Counted from the first letter of the stretch, positions 43,307-56,013 are shown. The stretch is 64,000 bases of DNA from Polyangia bacterium (GCA_036263495.1 DATAGU010000095.1:1223-65222); one strand, 5' to 3'. Notes: generated from the letters alone by a model not told the origin. Numbers and translations are program-made.

Positions 43307-44926
43307 TCACTCGATGAGCTGGATCTCTTTGTCGCTGATCGGGCGCAGCTTCTCGTGGCGCGTCTCGTCGCGCTCGCGGCGGAGCGTGATCTTCTGGTCG
43401 AAGAAGCCCGAGCGCCGCAGCTTGAGCTCCAGCATCCCGTCGGCCCGCGGCTGCTCGTCCTTCCATGGCGTGGTGCCGAGCACCTGACCATCGCTCACGC
43501 GCACCACCTCGGCCCCGGGCGGCTCGCTCTCCACGACGAAATGCACCGTGTCCCCGGCCGGCGCGGTCGGCGCGGTCGGCGCGGGCCCCGGCGCCGCCGC
43601 GGCCGGGCTCGACGCCGGCGCCTCATGGCTCTCGGAGCGCGCCCCCGGCCCGAGGAACCAGGCGATGAGGGCCACGCCGACGCCGACCCCGACCCCGATC
43701 CCCACGGCCCACGTGCGCTTGCCCTGGCCCGGGGCCGCGACGGGCGCGGCAGGCGAAGCGGGCGCGGCAGACGGCGCCCCGGCCGCCGCGGTCGCCATGG
43801 CGCCAGGGACCGGCGGGGTCGTCCCCGGCGCCGCGGTCGTCTTGTCGAGGGCCGCGCCTGGGGCCACGGCCGGCGCCGTGACCGCCGTGACCTTCTGGCC
43901 CGCGGCCGAGCCGAGCGTCGACAGATAGCCCGAGCTCGGCGTGGCCGGCGTGTTCGCCGGGCGGGGCACGGTGGGCATCCCCTGCTTGGTGACCGCGGCC
44001 CCGAGCTGCTCCATCTGCGCCGCCACCTCGGCCATCGTCGGCCGCGCGTCCGGGCTCTTGGCGAGCATGCCGTGCACCAGCCGCACGAGCGGCTCGGGCA
44101 AGGTCGGCGCCAGGGTCTGGAGCGGCGGCGGCTCGGCGTTCATGTGCGAGAACATGAGGCCCACGGCGCTGTCGGACTCGAACGGCCGCCGGCCGCCGAG
44201 CATCTCGTAGAGCATCACCCCGAGGGCATAGACGTCGGCCTTGGCCGTCACGTCGCGGGCGCCCTGGCACTGCTCGGGCGCGATATAGGCCGGCGTGCCC
44301 ATGACCGCGAACGTGGCCGTGTGCACGCCGTCGCCCATCGGGCTGCCCCCCGCCTGCGCCGCCGCCACCTTGGCGATGCCGAAGTCGAGCACCTTGGCGC
44401 GCTCGCCGCCCGGCGCCTCGGGATCGGGCACGACCATGACGTTGTCGGGCTTGAGGTCGCGGTGGATGATCCCCTTGGCGTGGGCCGCGGCCAGGGCGGC
44501 GGCCACCTGGCGCGTCAGGCGCAGCGCATCGGCGCCGAGGCTCGTCCCGAGGCGCTTGAGGCGCCCCGACAGCGACTCGCCCTTGAGCAGCTCCATCACG
44601 ATGTAGGCTGTGCCGTCCTCGAGTTGCCCGAAGTCGAAGACCTCGACCATGCCCGGGTGATCGACGATGTTGACGGCGCGCGCCTCGTTGAAGAAGCGCT
44701 GCGCCACCTGGCGGTCCTGCGAGATCTCGGGGCGCAGCACCTTGATCGCCGCGCGGCGCTCGATCCGCTCGTGCACGGCCTCGTAGACCGTCCCCATGCC
44801 GCCCTGCCCGAGCTGCCGGACCACGCGGTAGTTGCCGATGAGCTGGCCGATCATCTTGTGGTGGCCCTGGCCCGAATCATGGTGGCCCTGGGGACCTCCT
44901 GGCGGAGGAGGAGTCTCCTGTGTCAT
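43307..44926 (-). CDS. Ser/Thr protein kinase with TM segment and C-terminal PEGA domain
   Basis: Kinase motifs [20 protein letters not shown] and PAYIAPEQ are present. The TM segment is [17 protein letters not shown]. The PEGA segment is [28 protein letters not shown]. Confidence 0.85.
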   Translation of the reverse strand: MTQETPPPPGGPQGHHDSGQGHHKMIGQLIGNYRVVRQLGQGGMGTVYEAVHERIERRAAIKVLRPEISQDRQVAQRFFNEARAVNIVDHPGMVEVFDFGQLEDGTAYIVMELLKGESLSGRLKRLGTSLGADALRLTRQVAAALAAAHAKGIIHRDLKPDNVMVVPDPEAPGGERAKVLDFGIAKVAAAQAGGSPMGDGVHTATFAVMGTPAYIAPEQCQGARDVTAKADVYALGVMLYEMLGGRRPFESDSAVGLMFSHMNAEPPPLQTLAPTLPEPLVRLVHGMLAKSPDARPTMAEVAAQMEQLGAAVTKQGMPTVPRPANTPATPSSGYLSTLGSAAGQKVTAVTAPAVAPGAALDKTTAAPGTTPPVPGAMATAAAGAPSAAPASPAAPVAAPGQGKRTWAVGIGVGVGVGVALIAWFLGPGARSESHEAPASSPAAAAPGPAPTAPTAPAGDTVHFVVESEPPGAEVVRVSDGQVLGTTPWKDEQPRADGMLELKLRRSGFFDQKITLRRERDETRHEKLRPISDKEIQLIE

Positions 44927-44980
44927 GGCGGGGCGGCATTGTAGCAGGCGCAGCGACTGTGAGGCGCGCGGCGCTGCGCG

Positions 44981-45922
44981 TCAGCCCGATCGCAGCGCGG
45001 CCTTGAGCGCCTGCCGGAACTCGCTCGTGGTGGGCCGTTCGGCCGGCATCTTGGCGAGCGCGCGGCGCATGAGCGACTCGAACGCGGGCGGCGCCGGGCG
45101 GCGCAGGCCGCGCTGGGTGATGGGCGGCGGCGCGAGGGAGATGTGCTGCGCGATGAGGCTCGTCGTGGTGTCGCCGAGGAAGGGCAGCTCCCCCGCGAGG
45201 AGGAGATAGAGGATGATGCCCACCGCATAGATGTCGGCCGGCGGCCCCGCGTCCTTGCCCGCCGCCTGCTCGGGCGACATGTAGCTCGGCGTCCCGAGCG
45301 GCACGTTGCGCCCGGTCAGCCGGGGCCCGCGCTCGATGCGCGCCAGGCCGAAGTCGAGCACCTTGACCCGCTCGCCCGCCTCGCCGCCGTCCACGAGCAG
45401 GATGTTGTCGGGCTTGAGGTCGCGATGGACGATCCCCGCCGCGTGCGTCACCTCGAGCACCTCCAGCACCTGGTCGAGGATCGACACCACGCGCTCGAGC
45501 GGCAGGGTGTGACCGTCGACCAGCACGAGCTCCGACAGGGGCCGCCCGCGCACCAGCTCCATCACCAGATACAGCGCGCCCTGGTCCTGTCCGAAGTCGG
45601 TCGCGCGCACGATGCCCGGATGCGCCAGCGTGACCAGCACGTTGGCCTCGCGCTGGAAGCGCTCCCGCTGCTCCCGGCTCATGGCATAGCGCTGATGGAG
45701 GAACTTCACCGCCACGACCTTCTCGAACTTGAGATCGAAGGCCTGGTAGACGCGCGCATAGGCGCCCTGCCCCACCAGGGCATCGAGGCGGTAGCGCTCC
45801 CCGAGCACGCGCCCGATGCGGCGGTCCACGAGCTCGCGGCCGCAGCTCAAACAGAGGATGCCGGTGCCGATCGGAGCGCCACAGCCTGGGCAGCGATCAG
45901 TAGGGGCACCGGCGAGCATCAC
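44981..45922 (-). CDS. Ser/Thr protein kinase with N-terminal zinc-ribbon
   Basis: A CPGCG...CLSCG ribbon is followed by kinase motifs [20 protein letters not shown] and PSYMSPEQ. Confidence 0.8.
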   Translation of the reverse strand: MMLAGAPTDRCPGCGAPIGTGILCLSCGRELVDRRIGRVLGERYRLDALVGQGAYARVYQAFDLKFEKVVAVKFLHQRYAMSREQRERFQREANVLVTLAHPGIVRATDFGQDQGALYLVMELVRGRPLSELVLVDGHTLPLERVVSILDQVLEVLEVTHAAGIVHRDLKPDNILLVDGGEAGERVKVLDFGLARIERGPRLTGRNVPLGTPSYMSPEQAAGKDAGPPADIYAVGIILYLLLAGELPFLGDTTTSLIAQHISLAPPPITQRGLRRPAPPAFESLMRRALAKMPAERPTTSEFRQALKAALRSG

Positions 45923-45950
45923 GCAAGTCTACCGCAGGGAGGAGAGGTTT

Positions 45951-46367
45951 TCATTCGGTCCCGTTCTGCTCCTGATCACGCCGGGCCGGCCGGACGGGCC
46001 GAGGGATCGCGTCGCGGCCCATCCACAGCGCGCCGCACAGCGGGCTCCCCACCATGATGGGCGCCGAGCCGCCCCCCACGAACCCGAGGGCGATGCACAG
46101 GAGGCCAAGCCCGAGGGACAGGCGCCAGGCCCAGCGGCGACCCCGCCAGAGGAAGATCGCGGCGAACACCATGAGCAGGCCATAGATCCCCCAGCCGACG
46201 ACGTGGGCCACGGCCCTCGGGTTCCCTTCGTCGAGGAGACCGCGCGAGAGCGACCGCCAGAGCGAGAGGAGCCAGAGCACGCCGATGAGGAGCTGAAGGC
46301 CACCCGCCAGCTCGATCCAGCCCTTGCCGGACGACTCCGGCGTCCCGCTGTGCACCAGCCGCAACAC
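45951..46367 (-). CDS. Possible small 3-TM membrane protein
   Basis: Three hydrophobic helices are present. It uses a GTG start and no clear SD was found. Confidence 0.3.
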   Translation of the reverse strand: MLRLVHSGTPESSGKGWIELAGGLQLLIGVLWLLSLWRSLSRGLLDEGNPRAVAHVVGWGIYGLLMVFAAIFLWRGRRWAWRLSLGLGLLCIALGFVGGGSAPIMVGSPLCGALWMGRDAIPRPVRPARRDQEQNGTE

Positions 46368-46421
46368 AGGAGCAGCATCGCCTGTCGCGAGTCGGTCCGC
46401 AACCGGCTCGGCGGGTGCGGC

Positions 46422-48077
46422 TCACTCCTCGTCTTCGACGTCGATGGTGTCCGCCTCCGCCTCGTCACGCGACGCCGCGGACGAACTGCCCCGCCCGCTC
46501 CCGACCGGCGCCCGTGCACCGGCGCCGCCGCCACGAGACGCATTCCTCGGCTCCGGCGCGAACGGCTCCCCCGGATCCCCGCGCCCGCGGCGCGAGCGCA
46601 GACCGACCGGCTCACCGATCGGATCCGTCGGCTCCACCGCGTGCAGGCCATCGCTCCCCTCGCGGCCGAACGCGTCGCGATCGCCCTCGTCCTCGTCCCC
46701 GCTCCGCGCCTCGCGCTCGTACTCCTCGAGCTTGCGATACAGCGTCTTCCGGTCGAGCCCGAGGCGCTGCGCCGCGCGCGTCTTGTTGCCGCCCTCGGCC
46801 TGCAGCACCCGGAAGATGTACTCGCGCTCGAGCTCGGCGAGCGTGAAATGGCGCAGTAGCGCGGTCTGCAGCACGTCGGGCGAGCGGCGCTCGCGCAGCT
46901 GCTGCGGCAGATCCTCGAGCGAGATCTCGTTCTCCTCGCACAGGGCCACGGCGCGCTCGATGACGTTCTCGAGCTCGCGCACGTTCCCCGGCCAGAGATA
47001 GGTGAGGAGCGCTTTGTAGGCGTTCTGCTTGAGCCCGATGATGCGCTTCTGCGAGCGGCGCGTGGCGGCGCCGAGGAAGTGCTCGACGAGCGGCAGGATG
47101 TCCTCGCTGCGCTCGCGCAAGGGCGGCAGCGCCACCTGGATGACGTTCAGCCGGTAGTACAGATCCTCGCGGAAGGCGCCCGCGCGCATGCGCTCCGCGA
47201 GATCGCGGTTGGTCGCCGACAGCACCCGCACGTCGATCTTCTCGGGCCGGCTCGCGCCGAGCGGGCGCACCTCGCGCTCCTGCAGGACGCGCAGGAGCTT
47301 GGCCTGGAGCTGCGGCGACAGATCCCCGATCTCGTCGAGGAACAGGGTGCCGCCCTCGGCCTCCACGAACATGCCCATGCGGTCCTGGCGCGCGTCGGTG
47401 AAGGCGCCGCGCTTGTAGCCGAAGAGCTCGCTCTCGAGCAGGGTGTCGGGGATGGCGGCGCAGTTGACCGCCACGAACGCCCGCTTCTGGCGCGGCGAGT
47501 TGTAATGGATCGCCCGCGCCACGAGCTCCTTGCCCGTGCCCGACTCCCCGGTGATGAGGACGTTGGCCGAGGAGCCGGCGAGCCGCCGGATGAGGTCGAA
47601 GACCTCCTGCATGGCCGGCGACTTGCCGATGATGCTCTCGAAGCGGTAGTTGTGCGCCACCTCGCGCCGCAGCCGCGCCACCTCGCGCCGCAGGCTCCGC
47701 TCCTCGAGCGCCTTGTCGATCGCCAGGGTCAGGACGTCGATCTCGAAGGGCTTCGTGATGTAGTCGTAGGCGCCGAGCTTGACCGCCTTGATCGCGGTCT
47801 CGATGGAGCCGAAGGCGGTGATGACGATGACGTGCGGCGAGGGCTCGAGCGCGCGCAGCTCCTGCAGCGCGTCGAGGCCGTCGAGGTCCGGCATGCGCAC
47901 GTCGGTCACCACGAGATCGATGCCCCCCTGCCGCACGCGGTCGATGCCGGCGCGCCCGCCCGCGGCCAGCTCCACCTTGTAGCCTTCGTCGGTGAGCGCG
48001 TCGTAGAGGAGATCCCGCATGGCGGCGTCGTCCTCCACGACCAGCACCTGGGTACGACCTCGTTCCGTTCGATCCAT
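46422..48077 (-). CDS. Sigma-54-dependent response regulator (NtrC family) with long acidic/Gly-Arg C-terminal tail
   Basis: The receiver is [12 protein letters not shown]...DVRMPDLDG. The AAA+ domain shows [14 protein letters not shown] and RLNV. The HTH is [21 protein letters not shown] ~100-aa low-complexity tail follows. Confidence 0.9.
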   Translation of the reverse strand: MDRTERGRTQVLVVEDDAAMRDLLYDALTDEGYKVELAAGGRAGIDRVRQGGIDLVVTDVRMPDLDGLDALQELRALEPSPHVIVITAFGSIETAIKAVKLGAYDYITKPFEIDVLTLAIDKALEERSLRREVARLRREVAHNYRFESIIGKSPAMQEVFDLIRRLAGSSANVLITGESGTGKELVARAIHYNSPRQKRAFVAVNCAAIPDTLLESELFGYKRGAFTDARQDRMGMFVEAEGGTLFLDEIGDLSPQLQAKLLRVLQEREVRPLGASRPEKIDVRVLSATNRDLAERMRAGAFREDLYYRLNVIQVALPPLRERSEDILPLVEHFLGAATRRSQKRIIGLKQNAYKALLTYLWPGNVRELENVIERAVALCEENEISLEDLPQQLRERRSPDVLQTALLRHFTLAELEREYIFRVLQAEGGNKTRAAQRLGLDRKTLYRKLEEYEREARSGDEDEGDRDAFGREGSDGLHAVEPTDPIGEPVGLRSRRGRGDPGEPFAPEPRNASRGGGAGARAPVGSGRGSSSAASRDEAEADTIDVEDEE

Positions 48078-48105
48078 GTCCGATTCCTAGTCTTAGTCTA
48101 TCTCG

Positions 48106-50031
48106 TCAGGCCGCCGGCGGGGCCGGGGGGGTCGTCGGGGATGGGGGGTCTTCGCCGCTCCCGGCCGGCGGGGCGCGGTGGGGTTCGTCGTGCGCGGGCA
48201 GGAACACGCGGAAGCAGGTGCCGGGCATCTCTCCCTGCATGGGAGGCCGACCGTCGACCTCGATCCAGCCGTCATGATCCTTCACGATCCCCTGCGAGAC
48301 GGCCAGGCCGAGCCCGGTGCCGCCGAGATCCTGCTTGGTCGAATAGAAGGCCTCGAAGATGCGCTCCCGCTCCTCGGGCGCGATGCCGACGCCCGTGTCG
48401 GCGACCTCGAGGATCACGTAGCGGCCGGGCGGGGCGACGTCGAGGCCGGGCTTGCGCCGCACCTGGGCCGAGCAGCCGATGGTGAGCGTGCCGCCCTCGG
48501 GCATGGCCTGGATGGCGTTGACGCACAGGTTGATGCACACCTGCTGGAGCTGGTCGGCGTCGCCCGTCACGACCGGGCGCTCGGGCACGGCCGCGCCGTC
48601 GCCGTGGGGGGCGGGCACGGCCTGGAAGCCGAGCAGGCGCGCGCTCACCCGCGACTGCGCGAGCTGGTGCTCGAGGAAGTCGACGGTGTCGCGGATGACC
48701 ACCGAGAGGTCCACGGGCCCGTGCACGACCGTCTTCTGGCGCGCGAAGGCGAGCAGCTGCTGGATGATCTTGGTGATGCGCGCGGCCTGGGCGGCGATGA
48801 TGCCGGCGTTCTTCTGCACCTCGGCGGGGTCGAGGAGGCCGGGCGCGCTCGCCGGCGCGGCGCCCTCGCCCTCGCGCGGCCCTTCGGCCTCGGCCAGCTG
48901 GCGGAGCGCCTCGGCGGTCTTCTTCTCCATGCCGCGCGCCCGGCCGTGGATGACCGACAGCGGCGTGCCCACCTCGTGCGCGATGTTGGCGGCGATCTGA
49001 CCGATGGTGGCCAGCTTCTCCGAGTGGCGCAGCCGCGCCTCGAGGCCGAGCTTGGTCTCGAGGCCGCGCTGGGTCTCGGCGCGCGCCTCGCGGAGGCTGG
49101 CGGTCATCTGGTTGAAGCGGTCGGCGAGGTCGCCGATCTCGTCGTCGCGCTCGCGCAGGATGGCGCGGGTGAGGTCGCCCACCGTGACCTCGTCGATGCC
49201 TTCGACCAGGCGCTCGAGCGGGTGGGAGATGGCGCGCCGGGTGGTCAGCCAGACGAGGAGCGCGAGGCCGAGGCCCACGCCGATGACCGTGGCGGCGACG
49301 CGCAGCATGGTGGCGGTCAGCTCGGCGGCCACGTCGCTCTCGTCGCGCACGAGGTCGATGGCCGCGACCACCTGATCGTGCTCGTCGCGGAGCGGCACGG
49401 TGCAGGCGTAGACCGACCCGCGCTCGGTCACGAGGTGCTCGGCGTAGGGCGTGCCGTCGATCTGGATGCGCCGGATGCGCTCGTCGCGCGCGGCGTCGGG
49501 CGGCGGCGGCACGTAGCGGGCCTCCTCGTCGTCGTTCGGGTTCGGGCCGCCATCGAGGCCGAGGGCGCCGCCGGCAGCGGCGGCCGGGCCGGCGGCCGGA
49601 GGACCCGCGGCGTTGGCCGCGGTGGTGTTGGCCGCGGTGGTGTTGGCCGCGGTGGTGTTGGCCGGCGGGTTGGCGTTGGCCGGGGCGTCGGCGGTCTGGC
49701 CGGCGTCCGGGCTGCCGGGGCTCGGTGCAGCTGGCGGGCCCGCGCCAGGCGTCTGGTCGCTGGCGTGCAGCTCGAGGTAGGTGATCTGGACCCGCGGCTG
49801 CGCCGCCTCGATGCGCGCCACGAGGCGCCGCACGTCCTCGAACAGACCCTCCTGCAGCGCGGCCTCGAGCGCGACCTGGAGCGTGAGGCCGATCGATTGC
49901 GTCTGCCGTTCGAGCTCGGCGGTGAGCTCGGCGCGCTTCTCCCGCACGGCGACGATGCCGTAGATGGTGAGCGCCACCATCACGAGCGCGGTGGTGGTGA
50001 GCGTGATGCGGGTGCCGAGCTTCACGGTCAC
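48106..50031 (-). CDS. Sensor histidine kinase (2 TM, HAMP, HisKA, HATPase_c); partner of the 46422 regulator
   Basis: A second TM helix and a HAMP domain are present (DEIGDLADRFNQM). The H-box is HEVGTPL and the G-box is GGTGLGLAVSQGIV. The periplasmic region contains an (ANTTA)n repeat. Confidence 0.85.
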   Translation of the reverse strand: MTVKLGTRITLTTTALVMVALTIYGIVAVREKRAELTAELERQTQSIGLTLQVALEAALQEGLFEDVRRLVARIEAAQPRVQITYLELHASDQTPGAGPPAAPSPGSPDAGQTADAPANANPPANTTAANTTAANTTAANAAGPPAAGPAAAAGGALGLDGGPNPNDDEEARYVPPPPDAARDERIRRIQIDGTPYAEHLVTERGSVYACTVPLRDEHDQVVAAIDLVRDESDVAAELTATMLRVAATVIGVGLGLALLVWLTTRRAISHPLERLVEGIDEVTVGDLTRAILRERDDEIGDLADRFNQMTASLREARAETQRGLETKLGLEARLRHSEKLATIGQIAANIAHEVGTPLSVIHGRARGMEKKTAEALRQLAEAEGPREGEGAAPASAPGLLDPAEVQKNAGIIAAQAARITKIIQQLLAFARQKTVVHGPVDLSVVIRDTVDFLEHQLAQSRVSARLLGFQAVPAPHGDGAAVPERPVVTGDADQLQQVCINLCVNAIQAMPEGGTLTIGCSAQVRRKPGLDVAPPGRYVILEVADTGVGIAPEERERIFEAFYSTKQDLGGTGLGLAVSQGIVKDHDGWIEVDGRPPMQGEMPGTCFRVFLPAHDEPHRAPPAGSGEDPPSPTTPPAPPAA

Positions 50032-50092
50032 TACTTATAGAGGAGAGCGCGCAAGTCTGCCCGCAGGGGGCCTATCTATATTATGAGGCACC

Positions 50093-50485
50093 ATGCGCAA
50101 CGTTTACTGGAGTGCCCTGTTCCTCGCCCTCACGGCCGGCGGCTGCAGCGTGCCTACGGCCCGGTCGGCTGAAAACCCCCCTCCGCCGGCGGCCCAGCCG
50201 GCCCAGCCGGCCCCTGCCCAGCCCGCGGAGTCGCCTCCGCCCGCGCCGCCGCTCAAGACCGGCAGCGCGCGCGTGCCGGATGCGCAGGGGAAGCCGTGCC
50301 CGGACGGAAAGTGTCCGGCGCCGCTCACCTGCGTCAGCTACTACGGCTTTGCCGGGCCGCGAGGGCCCAAGTTCACCTCGTGCGAGATCCCCTGCCCCGG
50401 GGGTGGCAAGTGCCCCCCTGGACAAACGTGCGGGATCATCGCCGATGGTCCCGGCCAGGTCTGCCGCCCCACCGGCCAGCCCTGA
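50093..50485 (+). CDS. Small Cys-rich lipoprotein
   Basis: A GAGG SD and an AT-rich -10-like stretch lie upstream. A lipobox is present (LFLALTAGGC), followed by a Pro-rich linker and CPxGKC modules. Confidence 0.6.
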   Translation: MRNVYWSALFLALTAGGCSVPTARSAENPPPPAAQPAQPAPAQPAESPPPAPPLKTGSARVPDAQGKPCPDGKCPAPLTCVSYYGFAGPRGPKFTSCEIPCPGGGKCPPGQTCGIIADGPGQVCRPTGQP

Positions 50486-50489
50486 GCCC

Positions 50490-50860
50490 CCAGGACCTGG
50501 GTCTCTCCGGCCCCCAATGGGTCTCTCCGGCCCCCAATGGGTCTCTTTTAGACCCAGTGGGTACATCAAGACCCCCAATGGGTCTCTGAGAGCCCCCACG
50601 CGACGCCTGGAGGCCGCCAATCCCCTTGGGGCACAAGCCACTGGTGATGGAGAGGGCGATTTCTGGGTCTCTTTTTGACCCATTGGGTCTCTCAGAGACC
50701 CCAGTGGAGGCCGCCGGGTCTCCACTGGAGGCCCGGACGTCTCCATTGGAGGTCTCGGGGTCTCCAATGGAGGCCTTGGGGTCTCCATTGGAGGTCTTGG
50801 GGGCTCTATTGGCGGTCTTGGGGGCACCAGGGGAGGCCCGGGGGGCTCCCCTGGCGGAGA
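50490..50860. repeat. Cluster of short palindromic/direct repeat units (GGGTCTC..GAGACCC hairpins; ~6 tandem ~22-bp GGTCTCCAnTGGAGGyCTTGGG units)
   Basis: The cluster is directly visible in the convergent intergenic region between 50093..50485(+) and 50868..52517(-). It contains the perfect palindrome GGGTCTCTCAGAGACCC. Confidence 0.75.
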
Positions 50861-50867
50861 GATCAGC

Positions 50868-52517
50868 TCAGATGCCGCAGGCGGTCCAGGCCTGGGCCAC
50901 GGTGTTGTACTGCGCGCTGCCGGAGCCGAAGATCGCGGCGGCGGCGCTCAAGGTGGCGTTGCGCGCGCCGGCGAAGTTGGTGGACGAGGTCATGTACGAG
51001 GTGAGGGCGCGGTACCAGATGCGCTCGCACGCGCTGTAGCCGATGCCGCTCACGGTCACGCCGCTCCGGTGATGCGTGCCGCCCTGCGAGCAGAGGTAGA
51101 AGACGTAGTTCGGGATGCCCGAGTTGATGTGCACGCCGCCGTTGTCCGAGGTGCCGGTGTAGCGCTCGGCGTAGTGGTCGGGATCGTCGTCGGCGGTGAA
51201 GCCGGAGTTCTTGGCGAGGTGCGGGTTGTACATGTAGCGCAGCGCGTCGCCCGCGGTGGCCGGGGTGTAGGCCTGCTCGCCGATCTGCCAGGTGCGGGTG
51301 TCGGGGCTGACGCCGCGCGCGTAGCGCTCGACCATGGAGCCGAAGACGTCGGACATGGACTCGTTGAGGGCGCCCGACTCGCCCGAGTAGGTGAGGTTGG
51401 CGGTGAACTGGGTGACGCCGTGGGTCATCTCGTGGCCCGCGATGTCGACGGTGACGAGCGGCGAGAAGGTGGTGCCGTCGCCGTCGCCGTAGGTCATGAC
51501 CGAGCCGTTCCAGTAGGCGTTGTTGTAGGCGCTGCCGTAGTGCACGACCGAGCTGATGAGGCCGACGGTGCTGCCCGCCACCCAGCCGTAGTAGCCGGGG
51601 CCGCCCGCGTTGTTGATGCCGTAGCGGCCGTGGGTGTTGCGGTAGTACTCCCACACCTGGCGGGCGCCGAAGTGGGCGTCGACGGCGGCGCGCTGCGTGG
51701 CGCCGTTCCAGAGGTTGTCGGCGTCGGAGAAGCGGTAGACCGAGCCCTGGGTGTTGCGGGCGTCGAAGGTGCCGATGCGGCGGTTGACGCCGGTGACGAC
51801 GGCGGTGTTCTCTTCGAGGTAGTAGGCGCCGTTGTAGAGGGTGGTCTCGACGCTGACGGTGCCGCTGTAGAGCGATGAGCCGGTGCCGGCCACGGTCTGG
51901 AGATCGTTGTACCTCCAGACGATCTCGCCGCTGTGGGCGTCGACGAAGTAGACCGGGAGCGCGGTCTCCCGGCTGCCGTCCTCGCGGCGCAGCTGCACGC
52001 GGTAGGCGAGGTGATCCCGGCCCTCGTGACGCAGCACCCACAGGTCGGCCTTGGGCTTGGTGGTCAGGCAGTCCGAGCAGCCGTACGCGGCGACGGCGAG
52101 GCGGATGGCGTCGGCCTGGGGCACGACGGGGGTGGTGTCGACCTTGATGTCGCGCCGCAGCGTGTCGCTGACGGTCTGGAGTGAGCCGCTCTGGCCGAGG
52201 TGGACGATGGCCTCGCCGCCAAAGACGGGGACGCCGTGGAGGGTCTGCTGGTAGCGGGTGTGGCTGTATCCGTCGTCGTCACCGAATTGGCGGGTGATGC
52301 GGAGGTCGTCGTCGCGGCCGATGTCGGCGTTGCCCACGGTGCGGCGCAGGTGGTCGCGGCTGATGGCGTCGAGCTGTGGGTCCGGGGCGCGCGTCGCCAC
52401 TTCATCCTGGGGCGAGGCACGGTCCGCCGTCCCGCAGCCCGGGGCGAAGGCCAGTGTTGTGGAGACGGCAACGGCCGACAGGGGAAGGTGCAGCTTCCGA
52501 TTCCAGCGTGCGCTCAT
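50868..52517 (-). CDS. Secreted M4 (thermolysin-family) zinc metalloprotease
   Basis: The zinc-binding motif is HEMTHGV...GALNESMSDVFG. A signal peptide and pro-region are present. The start is trimmed to ATG 52517 (MSARWNRKL), which has a GAGGAGG SD. Confidence 0.85.
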   Translation of the reverse strand: MSARWNRKLHLPLSAVAVSTTLAFAPGCGTADRASPQDEVATRAPDPQLDAISRDHLRRTVGNADIGRDDDLRITRQFGDDDGYSHTRYQQTLHGVPVFGGEAIVHLGQSGSLQTVSDTLRRDIKVDTTPVVPQADAIRLAVAAYGCSDCLTTKPKADLWVLRHEGRDHLAYRVQLRREDGSRETALPVYFVDAHSGEIVWRYNDLQTVAGTGSSLYSGTVSVETTLYNGAYYLEENTAVVTGVNRRIGTFDARNTQGSVYRFSDADNLWNGATQRAAVDAHFGARQVWEYYRNTHGRYGINNAGGPGYYGWVAGSTVGLISSVVHYGSAYNNAYWNGSVMTYGDGDGTTFSPLVTVDIAGHEMTHGVTQFTANLTYSGESGALNESMSDVFGSMVERYARGVSPDTRTWQIGEQAYTPATAGDALRYMYNPHLAKNSGFTADDDPDHYAERYTGTSDNGGVHINSGIPNYVFYLCSQGGTHHRSGVTVSGIGYSACERIWYRALTSYMTSSTNFAGARNATLSAAAAIFGSGSAQYNTVAQAWTACGI

Positions 52518-52885
52518 GCTCGTACCTCCTCGCTTGCCCTCGGTCACAAAGACGCGGCGCGATTGAATCGCATCCATCTTGGGATGGACCTAACTCCCAA
52601 CATAATACCGATCCCAGGGTCGGGCAGCGCTCGGGGATCGCAGGGCGCGCAGGCGGAGGGAGGGCCCCTCCCCCCGACGACAGGCCGAGCCCGGCGGGGA
52701 GCTTCCGCCTTGACATGAGGGGGACTCCCTCGTACACCCCAACGTTGAAAAGCTCAGATGAAGCGGAACGTGCGTCGGTCGGCAGCTGTGAGAGGGTTTG
52801 ACGAGCCGTTTGACGTACCAACGATCGCCGCGGTATCTTTCACTCTCTCCCCGTCGGAAAACCTGCAAAGAATAGGGAGTTTGGC

Positions 52886-54825
<1,940 letters not shown>

Positions 54826-54829
<4 letters not shown>

Positions 54830-55905
54830 GCGCAGGCAACGGCACGAACGGCAAGACCAACGGCTCGAACGGGGGCGCAGCTCCCGGAGGACCGCTGGTC
54901 AAGTTGACGAAGAAGGACTTCGTCTCGGACCAGGACATCCGCTGGTGCCCGGGGTGCGGTGACTACGCCATCCTGGCCCAGGTGCAGAAGATCATGCCCG
55001 ACCTCGGGATCGCGCGGGAGAACATCGTGTTCGTCTCGGGGATCGGCTGCTCGAGCCGCTTCCCGTACTACATGAACACGTACGGCTTCCACGGCATCCA
55101 CGGCCGCGCGCCGGCGATCGCGACCGGGCTCAAGATGGCGCGGCCGGAGATGCAGGTGTGGGTGGTGACGGGAGACGGGGACGGGCTGTCGATCGGCGGC
55201 AACCACCTCATCCACGCGCTGCGGCGCAACGTGGACCTCAAGATCCTGCTCTTCAACAACCGGATCTACGGTCTCACGAAGGGGCAGTACTCCCCGACCT
55301 CGGAGATCGGCAAGAAGACCAAGTCGACGCCGTACGGCAACATCGACCACCCCTTCAAGCCCATCTCGCTCGCCATCGGCGCCGAGGCGACGTTCGTGGC
55401 GCGCAGCATCGACACCGAGGTCAAGCACCTGCAGGACGTGCTGATGCGGGCGGCGAAGCACAAGGGCTCGGCGCTCGTCGAGATCTATCAGAACTGCAAC
55501 GTGTTCAACGACGGGGCGTTCGAGGCGCTGACGGACAAGGCGACCAAGTCCGACACCCAGGTGGTGCTCGAGCACGGCAAGCCGCTCCTCTTCGGCAAGG
55601 AGCGCAACAAGGGCATCCGCCTGACGGGCATGTTCCAGCCCGAGGTGGTGACGCTCGGTCAGAACGGGATCACGGAGAAGGACCTCCTGGTCCACGACGA
55701 GCACGCGCCCAACCCCGGGCTCGCGTTCCTGCTCTCGCAGCTCGAGGGGCCGGAGTTCCCGACGGCCATCGGGGTGTTCCGCACGATCGACCGGCCGGCG
55801 TACGACCTCATGGCGCAGCAGCAGGAGGAGCAGCTCACGACCAAGCGGGGCGCGGGGGATCTGCGGGCCCTGCTCCATGCGGGCGACACCTGGACGGTGT
55901 CGTAG
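54826..55905 (+). CDS. korB: 2-oxoacid:ferredoxin oxidoreductase beta subunit (TPP-binding, KorB-like)
   Basis: The N-terminal Cys motif is WCPGCGDYAIL. The TPP motif is GDGDG...N. Confidence 0.85.
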
Positions 55906-55974
55906 GCCGTCGCGCTCTTCTTCCTCCTCTCTTTCTTCCCCGTCTTTCGCCCACGTTCACCTCTTGAACTGACT

Positions 55975-56013
55975 CCCTGACAGGGCCTTTGCCTGTGGCT
56001 GGTCCTGTCAGGG
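55975..56013 (+). terminator. GC-rich hairpin (CCCTGACAGG..loop..CCTGTCAGGG) downstream of korB; candidate intrinsic terminator without U-tract
   Basis: The stem (CCCTGACAGG paired with CCTGTCAGGG) lies ~70 nt after the korB stop. Confidence 0.35.

Noticed and set aside
40642-44944. ORFs 40642..43317+ and 43355..44944+
   Set aside because: They are antisense to the propeller protein and the PEGA kinase.
50081-50827. 248-aa minus-strand ORF with PRPPMET repeats
   Set aside because: It overlaps the well-supported lipoprotein gene on the other strand. Its periodicity comes from the palindromic DNA repeats.
50626-51039. 137-aa SPLE-repeat ORF
   Set aside because: It is a translation of the GGTCTCCAnTGGAGG repeat units and extends into the antisense of the M4 protease.
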